DNA from: Tubulanus polymorphus
Lineage: Eukaryota; Animalia; Nemertea
Length of the DNA stretch: 64,000 nt
Assembly: GCF_964204645.1 (NCBI RefSeq)
Contig: NC_134027.1
Location: 14,788,485 to 14,852,484 of the forward strand
Direction of reading: 5' to 3'
The notes beneath the pieces were generated by a model. It was not told the DNA's origin. It saw only the letters and a list, made by a program, of their open reading frames with translations, and did no database searches. Position numbers and translations under genes: made by a program. Shown one piece after another: positions 13,886-27,280 of the stretch. The first letter of the stretch is position 1. The number at the start of each line of letters is the position of its first letter.

Positions 13886-15790
13886 TCAATATTCATAACC
13901 ATTTATTACATTAGATTCGAACTGGTTCACACTGTGCATTAATGTTCTTGGATTCATTGCACCCATACTCCATAGCACTTCATAATGTCGTTCCAAATTA
14001 TCGGTTCCACTTAGAAATGACTCTCTGTGACATGCTCTGGTGGGGGAATGAGGATGGGGGATGACTACACAATACTTTCCAACCATATCATGATCAAATA
14101 CATGTATTGGTTTCAACTCCGAATGATGGTGTTTCCCATCTTCCTCCACTTTGAATAGCGATTTATCATTCCTGCAGGACTGCGTTAGTGGCGAAGTGGA
14201 TGATGCACTTTCTGAAGCAGCTTCGATTGGACATCTTGATTATAATGATTAAATATTTGATGTACCGTAATTCATATATCTTAAATACAATCTTGATTTT
14301 GAAATAAGCGTACCTTTGCTGTACATGAGCTTGAACATTTTCCCTGAGAAATGGTGAAGATTTGCAAAGTGTAGAGTTACAGAAACATATCAACTGTCGG
14401 CAAGCCACTTTGCCTTTTTTCAAACTCACAAGTTGATGAAACGCCACAGTTCCCGGAATTGATCTCAGAAAACATTTATCAAGATACTGGTCAATACATT
14501 TCACATCATACTCCATTATATAGAAAAGATTTATGTTCGTATTCTGCGACAAGATCTCGAATAATTCAGAACTGCTCGGAACATCTTTACCCTCATTAAC
14601 CAGACGATTTGCCGTTCGCTTGACGTTCGCCGTTCGCTTCCCAGATGCCATCAGCAGCACCTTTTACGTGACTTGCTTCCAAGAATGACCAGTTTACTAA
14701 CTTCATGTTTCATTCGTACGGCAATGTACACAGAAGAAAGAAATTCGATTTGCATCGGTATTGCGTCACTGGGCCATTAGATACGTATCAACTGTCGGAT
14801 ATAATTTCTTCATGTGTTCGATAACCGGTTTTATGTGCGCCCATATGGCAGATGCATCGTGTCTTTTACAGTCGGATATTGATGCAAAGCTGAAATGGTC
14901 ATGATGAGTATATAACATTCCCGTTTGTAAGGTAACTTGCAAGTTTGAGGGAACTTTGTATCGCTTTGTGAGGCCATAATTAAGGTCATAATTCTCACTG
15001 AAATCTATGTGAAACATGGCTTCATTTGCAGCTAGATTCCACTTTTTGTCTGTCAGAACTTCGTACTGATGTCGAATATTGTAGACGTGTCCACAAAGTT
15101 TGCGAAGGTTTTCCTCGTATAAATCCACGAACTTATCAACAGTTCCTTCAGTTCTTGATTTAACAGTCTTTCTTGTTTTTTCGGTTTCTCCTACCTTGTT
15201 GTACTCATGTTCCACCACTTTCCATTCATACCACCATGTATCGTCATTTTCGATGAATTTCGTGAATTGAGGACGAAAGTCCCTGCAAATACTGCATTCA
15301 CGGTACATACAACTGTAATTACTAACCGAGCAACATATCGTTTCCTTCATAATTTCTGGATTTCGTTCTGGTATGATTTACAGTGAATATAATCACTCAG
15401 CCATTAGTTCTGTATTCTCGTGTATCCTACACATATATGTTTCCCGATATCTAGTGGTTGGTTCTATGACACAAAACGGTTTCTGACCGACGAAGAAAGA
15501 ATTTGAAATTCGGTGGTCTGGATTTTCAAATGCAAACTATCGATGAAGGTTGACCAATGAATCGCAATGTAGCCGTTTTTGCGTTATTCCCTTTTTCTGG
15601 GTTAAGGTGTCTCTTTTTCCTGGTCGCATTGATGAAATATAATCTCGAAGATAGAATTCTCTAATTCTTGTCATGAGAGTATCCGAGTATCGGTCACAAC
15701 GTCTTTTTCTTTGAAGGTGTTGTGGTGGCTGACTGTATCCCTCTTCCTTAGGTGGCGGTGAAGACAGGCAGACAGACGTCATCTCTGGTC
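13886..15790 (-). mobile_element. Degenerate DDD transposase, Sola2-like DNA transposon
   Basis: HIDFSENY, QVTLQTG, HDASAIWAH, frameshifted SDG..QYR.K.NF and EASH..G..DG...VKR motifs; probable N-terminus (MPPKPLSNKDRQKR) at ~19060-19167 beyond the BEL insertion; superfamily assigned from remembered motifs. Confidence 0.65.
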
Positions 15791-15989
15791 GTTGATATAC
15801 GTAGAACTGATTTTATTACTGAATAGTCAGACTTTTATAAGCCAAGCTATGAATTGTACAGTTACCAATTGATGTACACTACTGAATTCGAATACATTTA
15901 ATCCTGAAAACTTTGAATAACCACTGAGAATTTCTCGTTTGGTCGCAAAATTAGATGAAAATTTCAATTTTGTTGAGAAACTCAAACAA

Positions 15990-18900
15990 TCAGTGATACA
16001 ATTCCAAAGAAGTCTTAAAATCTTGACTTAATTGATCTAAGACATTCTCAGATCTTGCAAGTTCATGGGTGGAAGCGCAATTCGTAGCCCACGAACGAAG
16101 ATTGAACTTGGCGTTAGACATAATATCGCGACTCTCGTAGAAGTAATGATCCTTCTGATCCGAGGTGGAAAGAGAAATACCAAAATTGTCCACGTATACG
16201 TTCTTGAGCATTTGATTGGCTACAATTGTTTTGTATTGTGACAAATGTTTGATAACAGTAGAGCTCAGACCACTATTCCAAAATCTTCTATATCCTATAG
16301 TAAAAACAAGAAATTCGAGAGTTAAGTTCATATATAAGCGCGTAAATTCAGGGGAAATCCTGCTTATGGCTCATAGGCCAGCATCTTAGCTACGCATTGA
16401 AGTGGTTTTCGCCCCACATACCCAACCTAACTTTTGAAATAATCAAACCTTTAGAAAGGAGGGGTATCCCAGTACAGGTATGCCAGTACATCCGAGCCAA
16501 ATATCTAAGGGAATCCTCCACCGTGTTTGGTACCCTTACTCCAAGCAAAAAAAGTCCAGGGAATCCCTTATTTCATCATCAAGCTGTCTCTCAGGATCAA
16601 TGGATTTCATACATATAACCGAAATTCGTTACCTATCCCATTTGCAGAAATTATGGCAACATTTATGGGGGACCTCTTCTTCACTCTAGGTACTATTTTT
16701 GGGGTCCGGCCCTACGCATCCTTGAGCTACTAACCTAATTGTGGTCTGATGCCAGTAGTATTCAAGATGAAAAGAGACGATGAACTACCAAATAATACTA
16801 CTCTAAACCTATAATGGACAAAACTGCTCTCAGCATCAGATGCATCACTTAACCATAGAAAACGCGTGTAATTTTTATCTACATCCGCAAGCGATGTTGG
16901 AGAAACGGTTTCTCTAGATCTGAAGTAGCTGCATATTCGAATAGCCTAAACCGAATAAGAATGGAGATGATATCTTGCTGCAATGCAGGACCCGGCTCTA
17001 AACAATCGTTTAAGCTACATTCTATAGTGCATTCGCGGCAACTACAGTCATAAACAATGCGCACGTAGTCGACTCGCGGAAAACCGGGTGATGTGGTATA
17101 TAGTGCGCGGATGAGTGATCATTGCCCTCTTCGAGCGGTACCAACTCAATAAAACCACGTAATTCTTGATCCAATATCAAATCAGAGTATAAACTGAATA
17201 AATGTGGATCTTTGGCTAATTTACGTGCAGTAGCACGAGTACGAGCAGAACAAACTGCGTTATTCGATGGCAGAGTACCAAAATTGTCCTTCCATGGGAG
17301 TGGTGCTATGTACCGACCTTCTTCATCCCTAGTTATTGTGCTGTTATATCTATGCAGGAATTCAGAATCAGGACCGCCTGACAATTTAGATCTGCCTCAC
17401 CAGAAATTCTTCAATTCTAGGTCTGCCTTAGAATGACTTTTAACAATAGTAAGCATAGATGACGCAGAACAATCACGACGGGAATCTGAAAGATCACAAA
17501 CTGGACCGGAGAGAACATACCCAACTTTAGTTTTGACTGCAACAGGGTCTAAATCAGCCAATCCCCAAATGAACGCCCCCTGCTTTGAATTGATAATACT
17601 GGTCAGCTCCAATAAAGATCTGAATATCAAAATCTCCTTCCGATGAGCACAGGTGACTAGCGAAATTCAACCCAGCAAAAGTGGTACAATTTAGGACATC
17701 TTCCAACGATGGCACAATCAAAGATGTTGTGATTTTTGGTATCACAATTAGATCGACTAATACCGACTCCGATGGATCGATGCACTGAACGGAGAGTCGC
17801 ACTACGTCGCATGCCCGACATTCGACAAACTGCGCACCGAACCCTGACAAATCGACAATTTCGCGCCGTATAGGCTGCAACTCAAGTAACTCTGTTAACA
17901 GTTCGGTTATAAAAGATCGTTGAGCCCCATCATCAAAAACAATATTAGCGAGCGTACTTGTATTTTGATTATCTATGTCAAAAACCTTAACGAGGGCAGT
18001 TTTTAAAAGTACACTGTTTCGCGTATTTGTTGGTATTTTGTTTACCCTGATTTACTTGATCGCGCGGACGGACGTGTCTTGGCTGCGTATCAAAAATCTT
18101 ATCCACTCAACCAGCTGACTCTGAAATTTGCAAATTTCGAGAATTAGTATTTGAACTGGTACTGAAATGTCCAGGACATATGCTGCTATGGTGTTTACGT
18201 TTACATAACTTGCATGAGAATTTAGAACTGCACTCAGAAACACGATGTGGCCCTAAACAATTGTAACATAGTCTATGACTTTTTGAATGAAAGCAACACG
18301 TTGATCACGTGTGACAATTTGAGTACACTTATTCGTAAAATTTAATTTCGGCTTACAGTACGTACACATCCTTGATGAACCTGCAGGTATAGAACTGGAA
18401 GCTTTATTATTACTATTCGTCAACAATGCAATGGCTGCTGATTCTGATTCTTTTACAGTCGCATCTAATACTTCTAACTCATGACCGAGAAATTCTCGAA
18501 TTTCTAACAAAGTGGATTTTCGATTACCATTAAATCTGACTATGCTCGCCCTGATTTCAGACGGAAATTTGTTCCAAAGTATAGAAACAAGCATATCGTT
18601 AGAAGGTATAGAATCAGACTGTGTGGAATTTTGCAATGACTCCAAAGATCTTATGTGACTCTCAACATGATCCCTGAATTTTCTCATCGAAATTGAATTA
18701 TATTTTTGGGTAGGTTCTGCCATTAAAACCTGCATATGAGCATCTTGAACTTTGTCTTTGGCCGTAGCGAGAAATTAAAATGCCAATAGCTTGCTGATAG
18801 TTCTTATCACATAAAGTAAACCCTTCGATGCATGCTAACGCAGGTCCGGTCTGGAGGGATCGCAATACTGGAATTTATGCACGGTCGGAATCTGCGAATT

Positions 18901-19060
18901 ATGAATCACTGACGAAAAAGCATCCCAAAATGACAACCATTGCAGAAACAACCATTGCAGAAAATTCCCATCGAATTTGGATAGTGCCAGTTTAGGGGGA
19001 TTCGCGCTCTGTGAACGTTCGGTCCTGGTGGTGGGAAACTATTGCGTCCTTGCGGCGTTG
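15990..19060 (-). mobile_element. BEL/Pao LTR retrotransposon fragment (gag, aspartic protease, RT), degenerate
   Basis: Gag LPKFDG-type region and CxxC; protease VFDDGAQRSF at ~17910-17940; IFIGAD; LPWK, YIPHHPV, RIVYDCS, LNDCLEPGP, NVYVDN, FNLRSWATN. Confidence 0.88.
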
Positions 19061-20372
19061 GTATCTCTGTCTTTCTCTTACAATCTTTGATAGGCATCAG
19101 AGTCAACTTTTATTTTTCCAATCATCTTTTCTGCCGGTCTTTGTTAGACAATGGCTTTGGTGGCATGCTGTCAGTCTGTAAAAAGATTTGAGACAACAGA
19201 TATTGACAAAAATTGAAATTAAAGTGAGCTACTTGAGATAGTTGTTCGGTTAATGTCTAGCTCCCTCAATCCGTAGGCCCATCCCGAAATTCTCAAGTGT
19301 AAAGGCTGACTAACAGGGTAATTCGATAAGTTGGCAATTTTCATCATAAACAAGTCAATTTCAAAATTTAGAGTTACGCTAGGCAATTTTGTTGCCGATT
19401 TAACTCGCCTGTTTTGTCAGAAATCATCATTAAACCGGTTGTTTTATACATTGTTAATCTTTGATGGCTAAAAATCGATAAGATTCATATTATGGCCTAT
19501 AAATTGTATAAACTTCTATTAGACATGATCGTTGGTCTCAGATATTGTTAGATGTACGTAGTTTTTGACATTAGGATTACTTCCGATGACCCAGCAGTAG
19601 TATCATTGCCAGTAGGGATGCCTCGTTATCACACGTACCACTCATGCTGCCACGTTGTTCGATCATACGATTAAAAGATTAAATTCATTTGGCCAACCGC
19701 GATTTTTATTTTGGCACACGAAAGACAGCTGGAATATAATTGTGTGGAATCGCCGGTGAAACATGCTAGATTTCGGTGATTTTGGTTGCAAAGTCGGCTA
19801 GCGAAAATCACCAGCCATCGATCGGCACGTGTAGAAAACGAACTTTTCTGTGTTAATCACGTTCAGCAACAAAAATCACTTGATGATTCCCTGGCGTTAG
19901 TCAGTACCATAACGGAATGTTAGTCCCGTAACACATATTTCCGTTACGGGATTGACGTTATGGTATTTACCAAGATGCATTGTTTTTATTGATTTTTAAG
20001 TATGGGCATGGTCACCATCGGCACTGTATATAGCACGAGTGAAGGTTCACCGGAATTGGTCTGTACTCGAATGCAATTTTTTGAATACATTTTATGTTGA
20101 TGATGAACTATGCGTTATGGTACTGATTTTGTATAAACGTACTTATTGACATTGAACCACGAAAAGCAATAAATTAGTCAAAACATACCTCAGAACCTTC
20201 AGTGAAGGCATTTAAAAATGGCGGGTTGTCTGCATGAAGTGATCATGTGACATAATCTTGTCATATCATTCGCGACTGCTAGGTGTCAGGCCGATGAAAC
20301 AATGCGTTATGGTGAGGAGAGAATCCCACAATGATAATAAAAAGTCCGAAAATGAAACTTCGAGATAGTAGT

Positions 20373-20419
20373 TTATTTCAACGTTTCGACTATATCCTAA
20401 TAGTCACCTTCAGGAATAA
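20373..20419 (-). ncRNA. Hammerhead ribozyme copy with core variant CTGAAGG
   Basis: Reverse complement of 22403-22449 with one A>G change in the core. Confidence 0.7.
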
Positions 20420-22402
20420 TGAGATACTACAGAAATTATGAGATATATATACAATCCAGAGACAAAGAGACTAATTCAAGTAATCAGAGATGATACAAAC
20501 TAAAGGAAAATTAACGTAGAAACAGTTACACGCTAAAATAGATTAAAGGGAAGCAAACTAAGGGGTAATTACAAACAACAATAGTGAGTATAAATATAAA
20601 TGAAACTTAAAGTCAGTAGTAAAAAGAAAGACAAACTAGGGGGCACTTAAATTTAAAACAAAGGTGAATACAAGTAAAGTCAAGGACGAAATTGATGAGA
20701 GAACAAATAACAAATAATCAAAGGGGAAATCAAGTGTTGAGTTTAACCAGTTTACAGAGGAATTTTGATATAAGTTTATTATGGGGTGAAAAACCATTGT
20801 TAAGGTTTACAACGTTGTTCGAATTTTCAATAATTAATGCAGATTCCAAAATATGTCTTCTAGTTTTATCGCTGCAAGGGTAAATTAATTCAGCATTAGC
20901 AAAATCAAAATTGTGTGAAGTCTGAAAAACATGACTAGCAACTCCGCTTTCAGGTTTAAAGTTTTTTACATCTAATTTATGCTCTTTTATGCGTTGATTA
21001 AGGTTCGGACCTGTTTCTCCTATATATACTTTGTCGCAAACTTTACAAGGTATTTTATAAATTCCACAGTTTAGGGATTCGGTTTTCGGTTTGTTATTAA
21101 TCAATATGTTACTAAGTTTATTATTGTATTTAAAGATAGTTGTGTGTTTAGTGACCGAAGAGAAACTTTAGAATTCTCGAGGAAAGGTACATACGGTACA
21201 ATGATAGGCTGTTTATCGGTAGCCAACGTAGGAGTTCTAAGGTTGTTATTTCTAAAATGCGTAGTACGAGCTTTAAGTTGAGCTTTTTTCAATAGGAAAT
21301 CGGGGTAGGCAAGTTTTTTGAGAGATTGGTTAATATGTTGAATTTCAATGGGTAGAAATGAGGGGTCGCAAATTCTCAAAGCGCGAAGAAATAATCCTTG
21401 AGCTAAACCGAGTTTAATATCCGGAGAAGTAAAAGAGAAGTAATGGAGGTAGGATTCAGCGTTGGTAGGTTTCCTATAAACCGCGAATTTCAAAAAGGAT
21501 CCACAGTTAAAAATCAAAACATCCAGAAAAGGTATTTTACTATTAGATTCCCATTCATACGCCAGAGACGGGTAAAGGGAGTTTAAATATATAAGAAAGT
21601 TATCAACATTGAAGTCAAAGGGAAATTCGCGGTTTATAGGAAACCTACCAACGCTGAATCCGGATTCAGCGCTTTAAGAATTTGCGACCCCTCATTTCTA
21701 CCCGATGAAATTCAACATATTAACCAATCTCTCAAAAAACTTGCCTAAAACTGTGGAATTTATAAAATACCTTGTAAAGTTTGCGACAAAGTATATATAG
21801 GAGAAACAGGTCCGAACCTTAATCAACGCATAAAAGAGCATAAATTAGATGTAAAAAACTTTAAACCTGAAAGCGGAGTTGCTAGTCATGTTTTTCAGAC
21901 TTCACACAATTTTGATTTTGCTAATGCTGAATTAATTTACCCTTGCAGCGATAAAACTAGAAGACATATTTTGGAATCTGCATTAATTATTGAAAATTCG
22001 AACAACGTTGTAAACATTAACAATGGTTTTTCACCCCATAATAATAAACTTATATCAAAATTCCTCTGTGAACTGGTTAAACTCAACACTTGGTTTCCCC
22101 TTTGATTATTTGTTATTTGTTCTCTCATCAATTTCGTCTCTGACTTTGCTTGTATTCACCTTTGTTTTAATTTAAGTGCCCCCTAGTTTGTCTTTCTTTT
22201 TACTACTGACTTTAAGTTTCATTTATATTTATACTCACTATTGTTGTTTGTAATTACCCCTTAGTTTGCTTCCCTTTAATCTATTTTAGCGTGTAACTGT
22301 TTCCACGTTAATTTTCCTTTAGTTTGTATCATCTCTGATTACTTGAATTAGTCTCTTTGTCTCTGGATTGTATATATATCTCATAATTTCTGTAGTATCT
22401 CA

Positions 22403-22449
22403 TTATTCCTGAAGATGACTATTAGGATATAGTCGAAACGTTGAAATAA
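22403..22449 (+). ncRNA. Minimal type I hammerhead ribozyme in Penelope pLTR
   Basis: TTATTC-CTGAAGA-T-GACTAT-TAGGAT-ATAGTC-GAAA-CGTT-GAAATAA: CUGANGA and GAAA cores, stem II, palindromic AACGTT stem III. Confidence 0.8.
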
Positions 22450-23143
22450 ACTACTATCTCGAAGTTTCATTTTCGGACTTTTTATTAACATTGTGGGATT
22501 CTCTCCTCATCGCGTCAACACGGATATAGTGTTCTACCAATCGTGATAATGCGTTATGGTACTGGGAGACTGGCAAAAAGTGTTACATTTTTCAATTAAC
22601 TGAACATGTATAATGGTTTATTATCGCATACTGATCACTTTAGTTAATTCTTATTCACGCATTTCACCGAGAATTTTTTTTCTAATGTAGAAATACTTTT
22701 TTTTTCTTTAGAAAATCATGTTCTATAGTGGAGACAGCTACAAATTTGTATTTTCAGAATTTTTAATTGATAAACAATAGTTTATTTTCATTTTCAACAA
22801 ATCTAGATTTTTTTTTTCATTTCATTTTCCATATTTAAACTAGAAAAACGATGGAGACATGAAAACACCACATTATAGCAAAACAAGCCAAATACGAAAC
22901 GAAACACATTCCCCATTCCTCTTCCGCCAACCAAGGAATAGTAGTAGATATTGCCGCTCTCGAGAACGTCGTAAGAGAACGAAATTAAGAGGCCAAATTA
23001 AATACGGCTGCCTCTTACGACTTTAACGTCTCCAACCTGTTTATGTTTTCTTCGGAAATTGATATCCATTTGGATATGACAATGTATATAAACATTTTTG
23101 ACAATTCTTGGGAGAGTAAATGTGATTTTATTTATCTTTCTAG

Positions 23144-23305
23144 ATTTGGCTAGCAGTGAAACCTTACATGGATAATTATTACAGTAAACAGGATTTTGAG
23201 ACTCCAGTTTTTTCGCCTACATCGTCATTTCTTGGCCAGCCACCGGCACCGAAGCGGCGCAGAATGTCCCGTGCTCAAACGGCTTCTGCAGAAAAAAAGA
23301 CATGA
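23144..23305 (+). CDS. HAL: Histidine ammonia-lyase, last coding exon
   Basis: Polypyrimidine tract + TAG acceptor, phase 0 matching the previous donor; IWLAVKPYMDNYYSKQDFETPVFSPTSSFLGQPPAPKRRRMSRAQTASAEKKT*, resembling the W..A.PY...Y...SPT C-terminus of animal HAL. Confidence 0.85.
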   Translation: MWLAVKPYMDNYYSKQDFETPVFSPTSSFLGQPPAPKRRRMSRAQTASAEKKT

Positions 23306-23925
23306 AATGTACAAATTATAAATAAGGTTATATAAAAATGATTTTCGTCTCATCGGCAACTAGTATTTCAATGTTATTTTTCATACTTGCTATCAAGAGT
23401 CGTATTTGACAAGTTGGACAAAATGGGCAGTGGCCCTACGGCATTGGTACGACAATTCGGAGACGCCACCCAACTTGAGTTACGAGAATTCCCCTATTTA
23501 AATATCGTTAAAATGCACGCAGTTCATGAAGGATCATTTATACAATTATAACAGAAGACAGGCACAGGTTTGTTTGGTAGAATTTGTAATTAATTGTAAT
23601 TTTTTTGTGACCTGAAAATACTAAGCAGCAAACTATTCTCGCTGGGCGTATAAGTGGAGGTCAATATTTGTGGTGGTAAAATCCGGAGTTTAAAACGGTC
23701 CATTTTACACTACCGGTATGTTTCTTAGCTTTGGTGCCCCTGCGCTGGAAGAAGTTGTAAGACTTTCATTATTCTGCCACTTTGTGATTGGTGATGAATT
23801 TCGTTTAAATATTGCTCATAATGCACATAAATTTTTCAGAATAAAATATTTTCCCTACCTACCTGTAAATTTTTGACATGGACTGTAAATCCAAAAATTT
23901 TTGGAAAAGATAAGATACAACATAA

Positions 23926-25732
23926 ATCACGATTGGTAGAACACTATATCCGTGTTGACGCGATGAGGAGAGAATCCCACAATGATAATAAAAAGTCCGA
24001 AAATGAAACTTCGAGATAGTAGTTTATTTCAACGTTTCGACTATATCCTAATAGTCATCTTCAGGAATAATGAGATACTACAGAAATTATGAGATATATA
24101 TATACAATCCAGAGACAAAGAGACTAATTCAAGTAATCAGAGATGATACAAACTAAAGGAAAATTAACGTAGAAACAGTTACACGCTGAAATAGATAAAG
24201 TCAGTAGTAAAAAGAAAGACAAACTAGGGGGCACTTAAATTAAAACAAAGGTGAATACAAGTTAAGTCAGAGGCGAAATTGATGAGAGAACAAATAACAA
24301 ATAATCAAAGGGGAAATCAAGTGTTGAGTTTAACCAGTTTACAGAGGAATTTTGATATAAGTTTATTATGGGGTGAAAAACCATTGTTAAGGTTTACAAC
24401 GTTGTTCGAATTTTCAATAATTAATGCAGATTCCAAAATATGTCTTCTAGTTTTATCGCTGCAAGGGTAAATTAATTCAGCATTAGCAAAATCAAAATTG
24501 TGTGAAGTCTGAAAAACATGACTAGCAACTCCGCTTTCAGGTTTAAAGTTTTTTTACATCTAATTTATGCTCTTTTATGCGTTGATTAAGATTCCGACCT
24601 GTTTCTCCTATATATACTTTGTCGCAAACTTTACAAGGTATTTTATAAATTCCACAGTTTAGGGATTCGGTTTTCGGTTTGTTATTAATCAATATGTTAC
24701 TAAGTTTATTATTGTATTTAAAGATAAGTTGTTTATTTAGTGACCGAAGAGAAACTTTAGAATTCTCGAGGAAAGGTACATACGGTACAATGATAGGCTG
24801 TTTATCGGTAGCCAACGTAGGAGTTCTAAGGTTGTTATTTCTAAAATGCGTAGTACGAGCTTTAAGTAGAGCTTTTTTCAATAGGAAATCGGGGTAGGCA
24901 AGTTTTTTGAGAGATTGGTTAATATGGTGAATTTCATCGGGTAGAAATGAGGGGTCGCAAATTCTCAAAGCGCGAAGAAATAATCCTTGAGCTAAACCGA
25001 GTTTAATATCCGGAGAAGTAAAAGAGAAGTAATGGAGGTAGGATTCAGCGTTGGTAGGTTTCCTATAAACCGCGAATTTCAAAAAGGATCCACAGTTAAA
25101 AATCAAAACATCCAGAAAAGGTATTTTTCTATTAGATTCCCATTCATACGTAAAAGCCAGAGACGGGTAAAGGGAGTTTAAATATATAAGAAAGTTATCA
25201 ACATTGAAGTCAAAGGGAACCAAAGCCAGAACATCGTCAACATATCTGAGCCAGATTTTAGGGTGAATATCAGTGTAAAGAGGCAATATTTCAGATTCAA
25301 CATGTTCTAGGAATAAATTAGCTAGAATAGGACTAAGAGGATTTCCCATAGCGATACCGAATGTCTGTTCGTAAAAACAATTGTTGAATTCAAAAAAGGA
25401 ATCCGTCGTACAAATAGAGATAAGGTCGATGATACAATCCGTAGGAATGCCGAAGTTAATGTTAAGTGATGGTAATCTGCGTTTTAAGAAATCAAGAGTA
25501 GGTCCAAGAGGAACATTGGTAAAAAGGGAAGTAACATCAAATGATATAAATTTGTCGTTGCCAGGGATAATATTCTTAATACGTTCAAGTAAGTGTTGAT
25601 TATGGCGAAGGTGCGACGGAGAGAACGAACCGAGCACCGGAGATAACTGTTTCGCGAGAAATACAACATAAATGATGCGAGAAATCCCCCAATAAGCTCA
25701 GCCAAAACGAGAAACTTGAATAGAAGAGTAAT
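23926..25732 (-). mobile_element. Penelope-like element, 5'-truncated (RT + GIY-YIG + pLTR)
   Basis: ORF 24543-25637: SFDVTSLFTNVP, GIAMGNPLSP, LRYVDD, FLDV, VYRKPT, GIY..C..C..YIGETG; pLTR same as 20314-20730. Confidence 0.93.
24024..24070 (-). ncRNA. Hammerhead ribozyme copy in second Penelope element
   Basis: Reverse complement of 22403-22449. Confidence 0.8.
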
Positions 25733-25936
25733 AGTAATTGGGAATTGTGGCTTTCATACCATAGGACGAGAGTACGAGACACCTCTCATCACCACTAGTA
25801 ATTTCTTTCCCTAATAAATGGGAGATAGAAAAGCATTCTTAGCAACAATAGATAACAGAATAAAACCAGCAAAAAAACAATTTGAAATAAAAAAGAAATT
25901 GAACATAAAATATTGAGAATCCGAAATGACTTATCT

Positions 25937-26985
25937 AAGGGTCCTGCTTAAGTACGAAACTACGAAATTACGAAATATGGAGCGAAATTAAGAAACGAAA
26001 CGAAATTACGAAATGGAAATTTTTTTGCCAGTAGTGCTAAAATACGAACCGAAATACGAAACGAAATGGTCACATTTCAAACACACGCCCATACCATGGT
26101 CAAAGCTCGTTATAACGCTACGGGACTGTAAAAATCTCGGCGGTGCATGTAAATGATCTTTTGAAAGTACCATATTCAAGAATTTATTTTCTTATACTGG
26201 AGGGTTTTAAGAACGTCTACATTAGTAGAAACTTGTAGGATGTTCTCAAAACCAAATAATGAATACGCTGCGCCATTTCCACGAAAAAAATCAGGACCAA
26301 AATAATTATACGAGAGATGTGATGATACGACTAATTCGATGACGACTTATGCGGGGTTGACTGTAGCAGAAAGGAAAGGCAAGCGCTTCACGCGACACCG
26401 AGCTCGTAACCGCGAGAGGATTATCCCGTTCTTGGACACGGGCCGACATAACTGAACCTGTCTAGCATCGATCATTTAGCTCAGAAAAAATTAATGTACA
26501 GGGTAGATTAGCGGCCGGTCGGGTCAACTTTTAAGCTCCTCAGCAGAGGTATCAATTTTTTAGCCTAAACACTGCAGGATATATTTTAAGGCACACTTCG
26601 TTCTCTAACCCGTAATTTATCAATCGCTACCTTCCAGTTGTATTTGAGCATGCGCAGATCATTCTCCCTGATGGCACCGCTAAACTCAGTCGCGGCACGG
26701 AACCCTGCCACACTAGACCGGGTGCGCATGTTTAAGCCAGCTCCACGAATCCGCTGCTATAGCGCAAAAAATTACGAAATTTTCGTTTCATATTACATTT
26801 TATACTTTAGCAGGACCCGCGAAAAAATGACCATTTCGTTTCGTAGTTTAGCATATCGTATAGTATTTCGTTTCGTACTTAAGCATTTCTTAATTTCGTT
26901 TTGCATTTCGTAATTTCGTTTCATATTTCGTAATTTCGTTGCATATTTCTTAATTTCGTAGTTTCGTACTTTAGAAGTACCCCTT
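25937..26985. mobile_element. Non-autonomous TIR element with (ACGAAA)-rich subterminal repeats and 4-bp TSD
   Basis: AAGGGTCCTGCTTAAGTACGAAAC.../...GTTTCGTACTTTAGAAGTACCCCTT; ATCT on both sides; empty site resembles 60711-60740. Confidence 0.7.
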
Positions 26986-27280
26986 ATCTCAGCAATTTGA
27001 TTGATCGAGTCGCTGACGAGAACGGACGATTGCTCTGTGATACACATATACAGTGAGTGCGCGCAACAACAGCTGCGCGTGGATAGATCGATACAGCGAG
27101 TCGCTACCGAGAACGGTTATTAACCCGTGTGCTATTACTGTAGTACAGTGATTGCGTGTCAGCTGTGCTCGGATAGATAGATGCTGTGAGGCTTGGGTGA
27201 GAACGGTTGATTGTGTGCATGTTATATACAAGGGGAAGTAATCCCCACTCATCACCACAAGTAATTTTGTTTTCTTATAA

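Larger units (their letters stand above)
20314..22547. mobile_element. Penelope-like element: truncated 3' part plus inverted partial duplicate (inverted pLTRs)
   Basis: GIY-YIG ORF (CGIYKIPCKVCDKVYIGETG) at 20730-21104; inversion at ~21623; 13-bp duplication AATGCGTTATGGT at 20301-20313 and 22548-22560. Confidence 0.92.
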
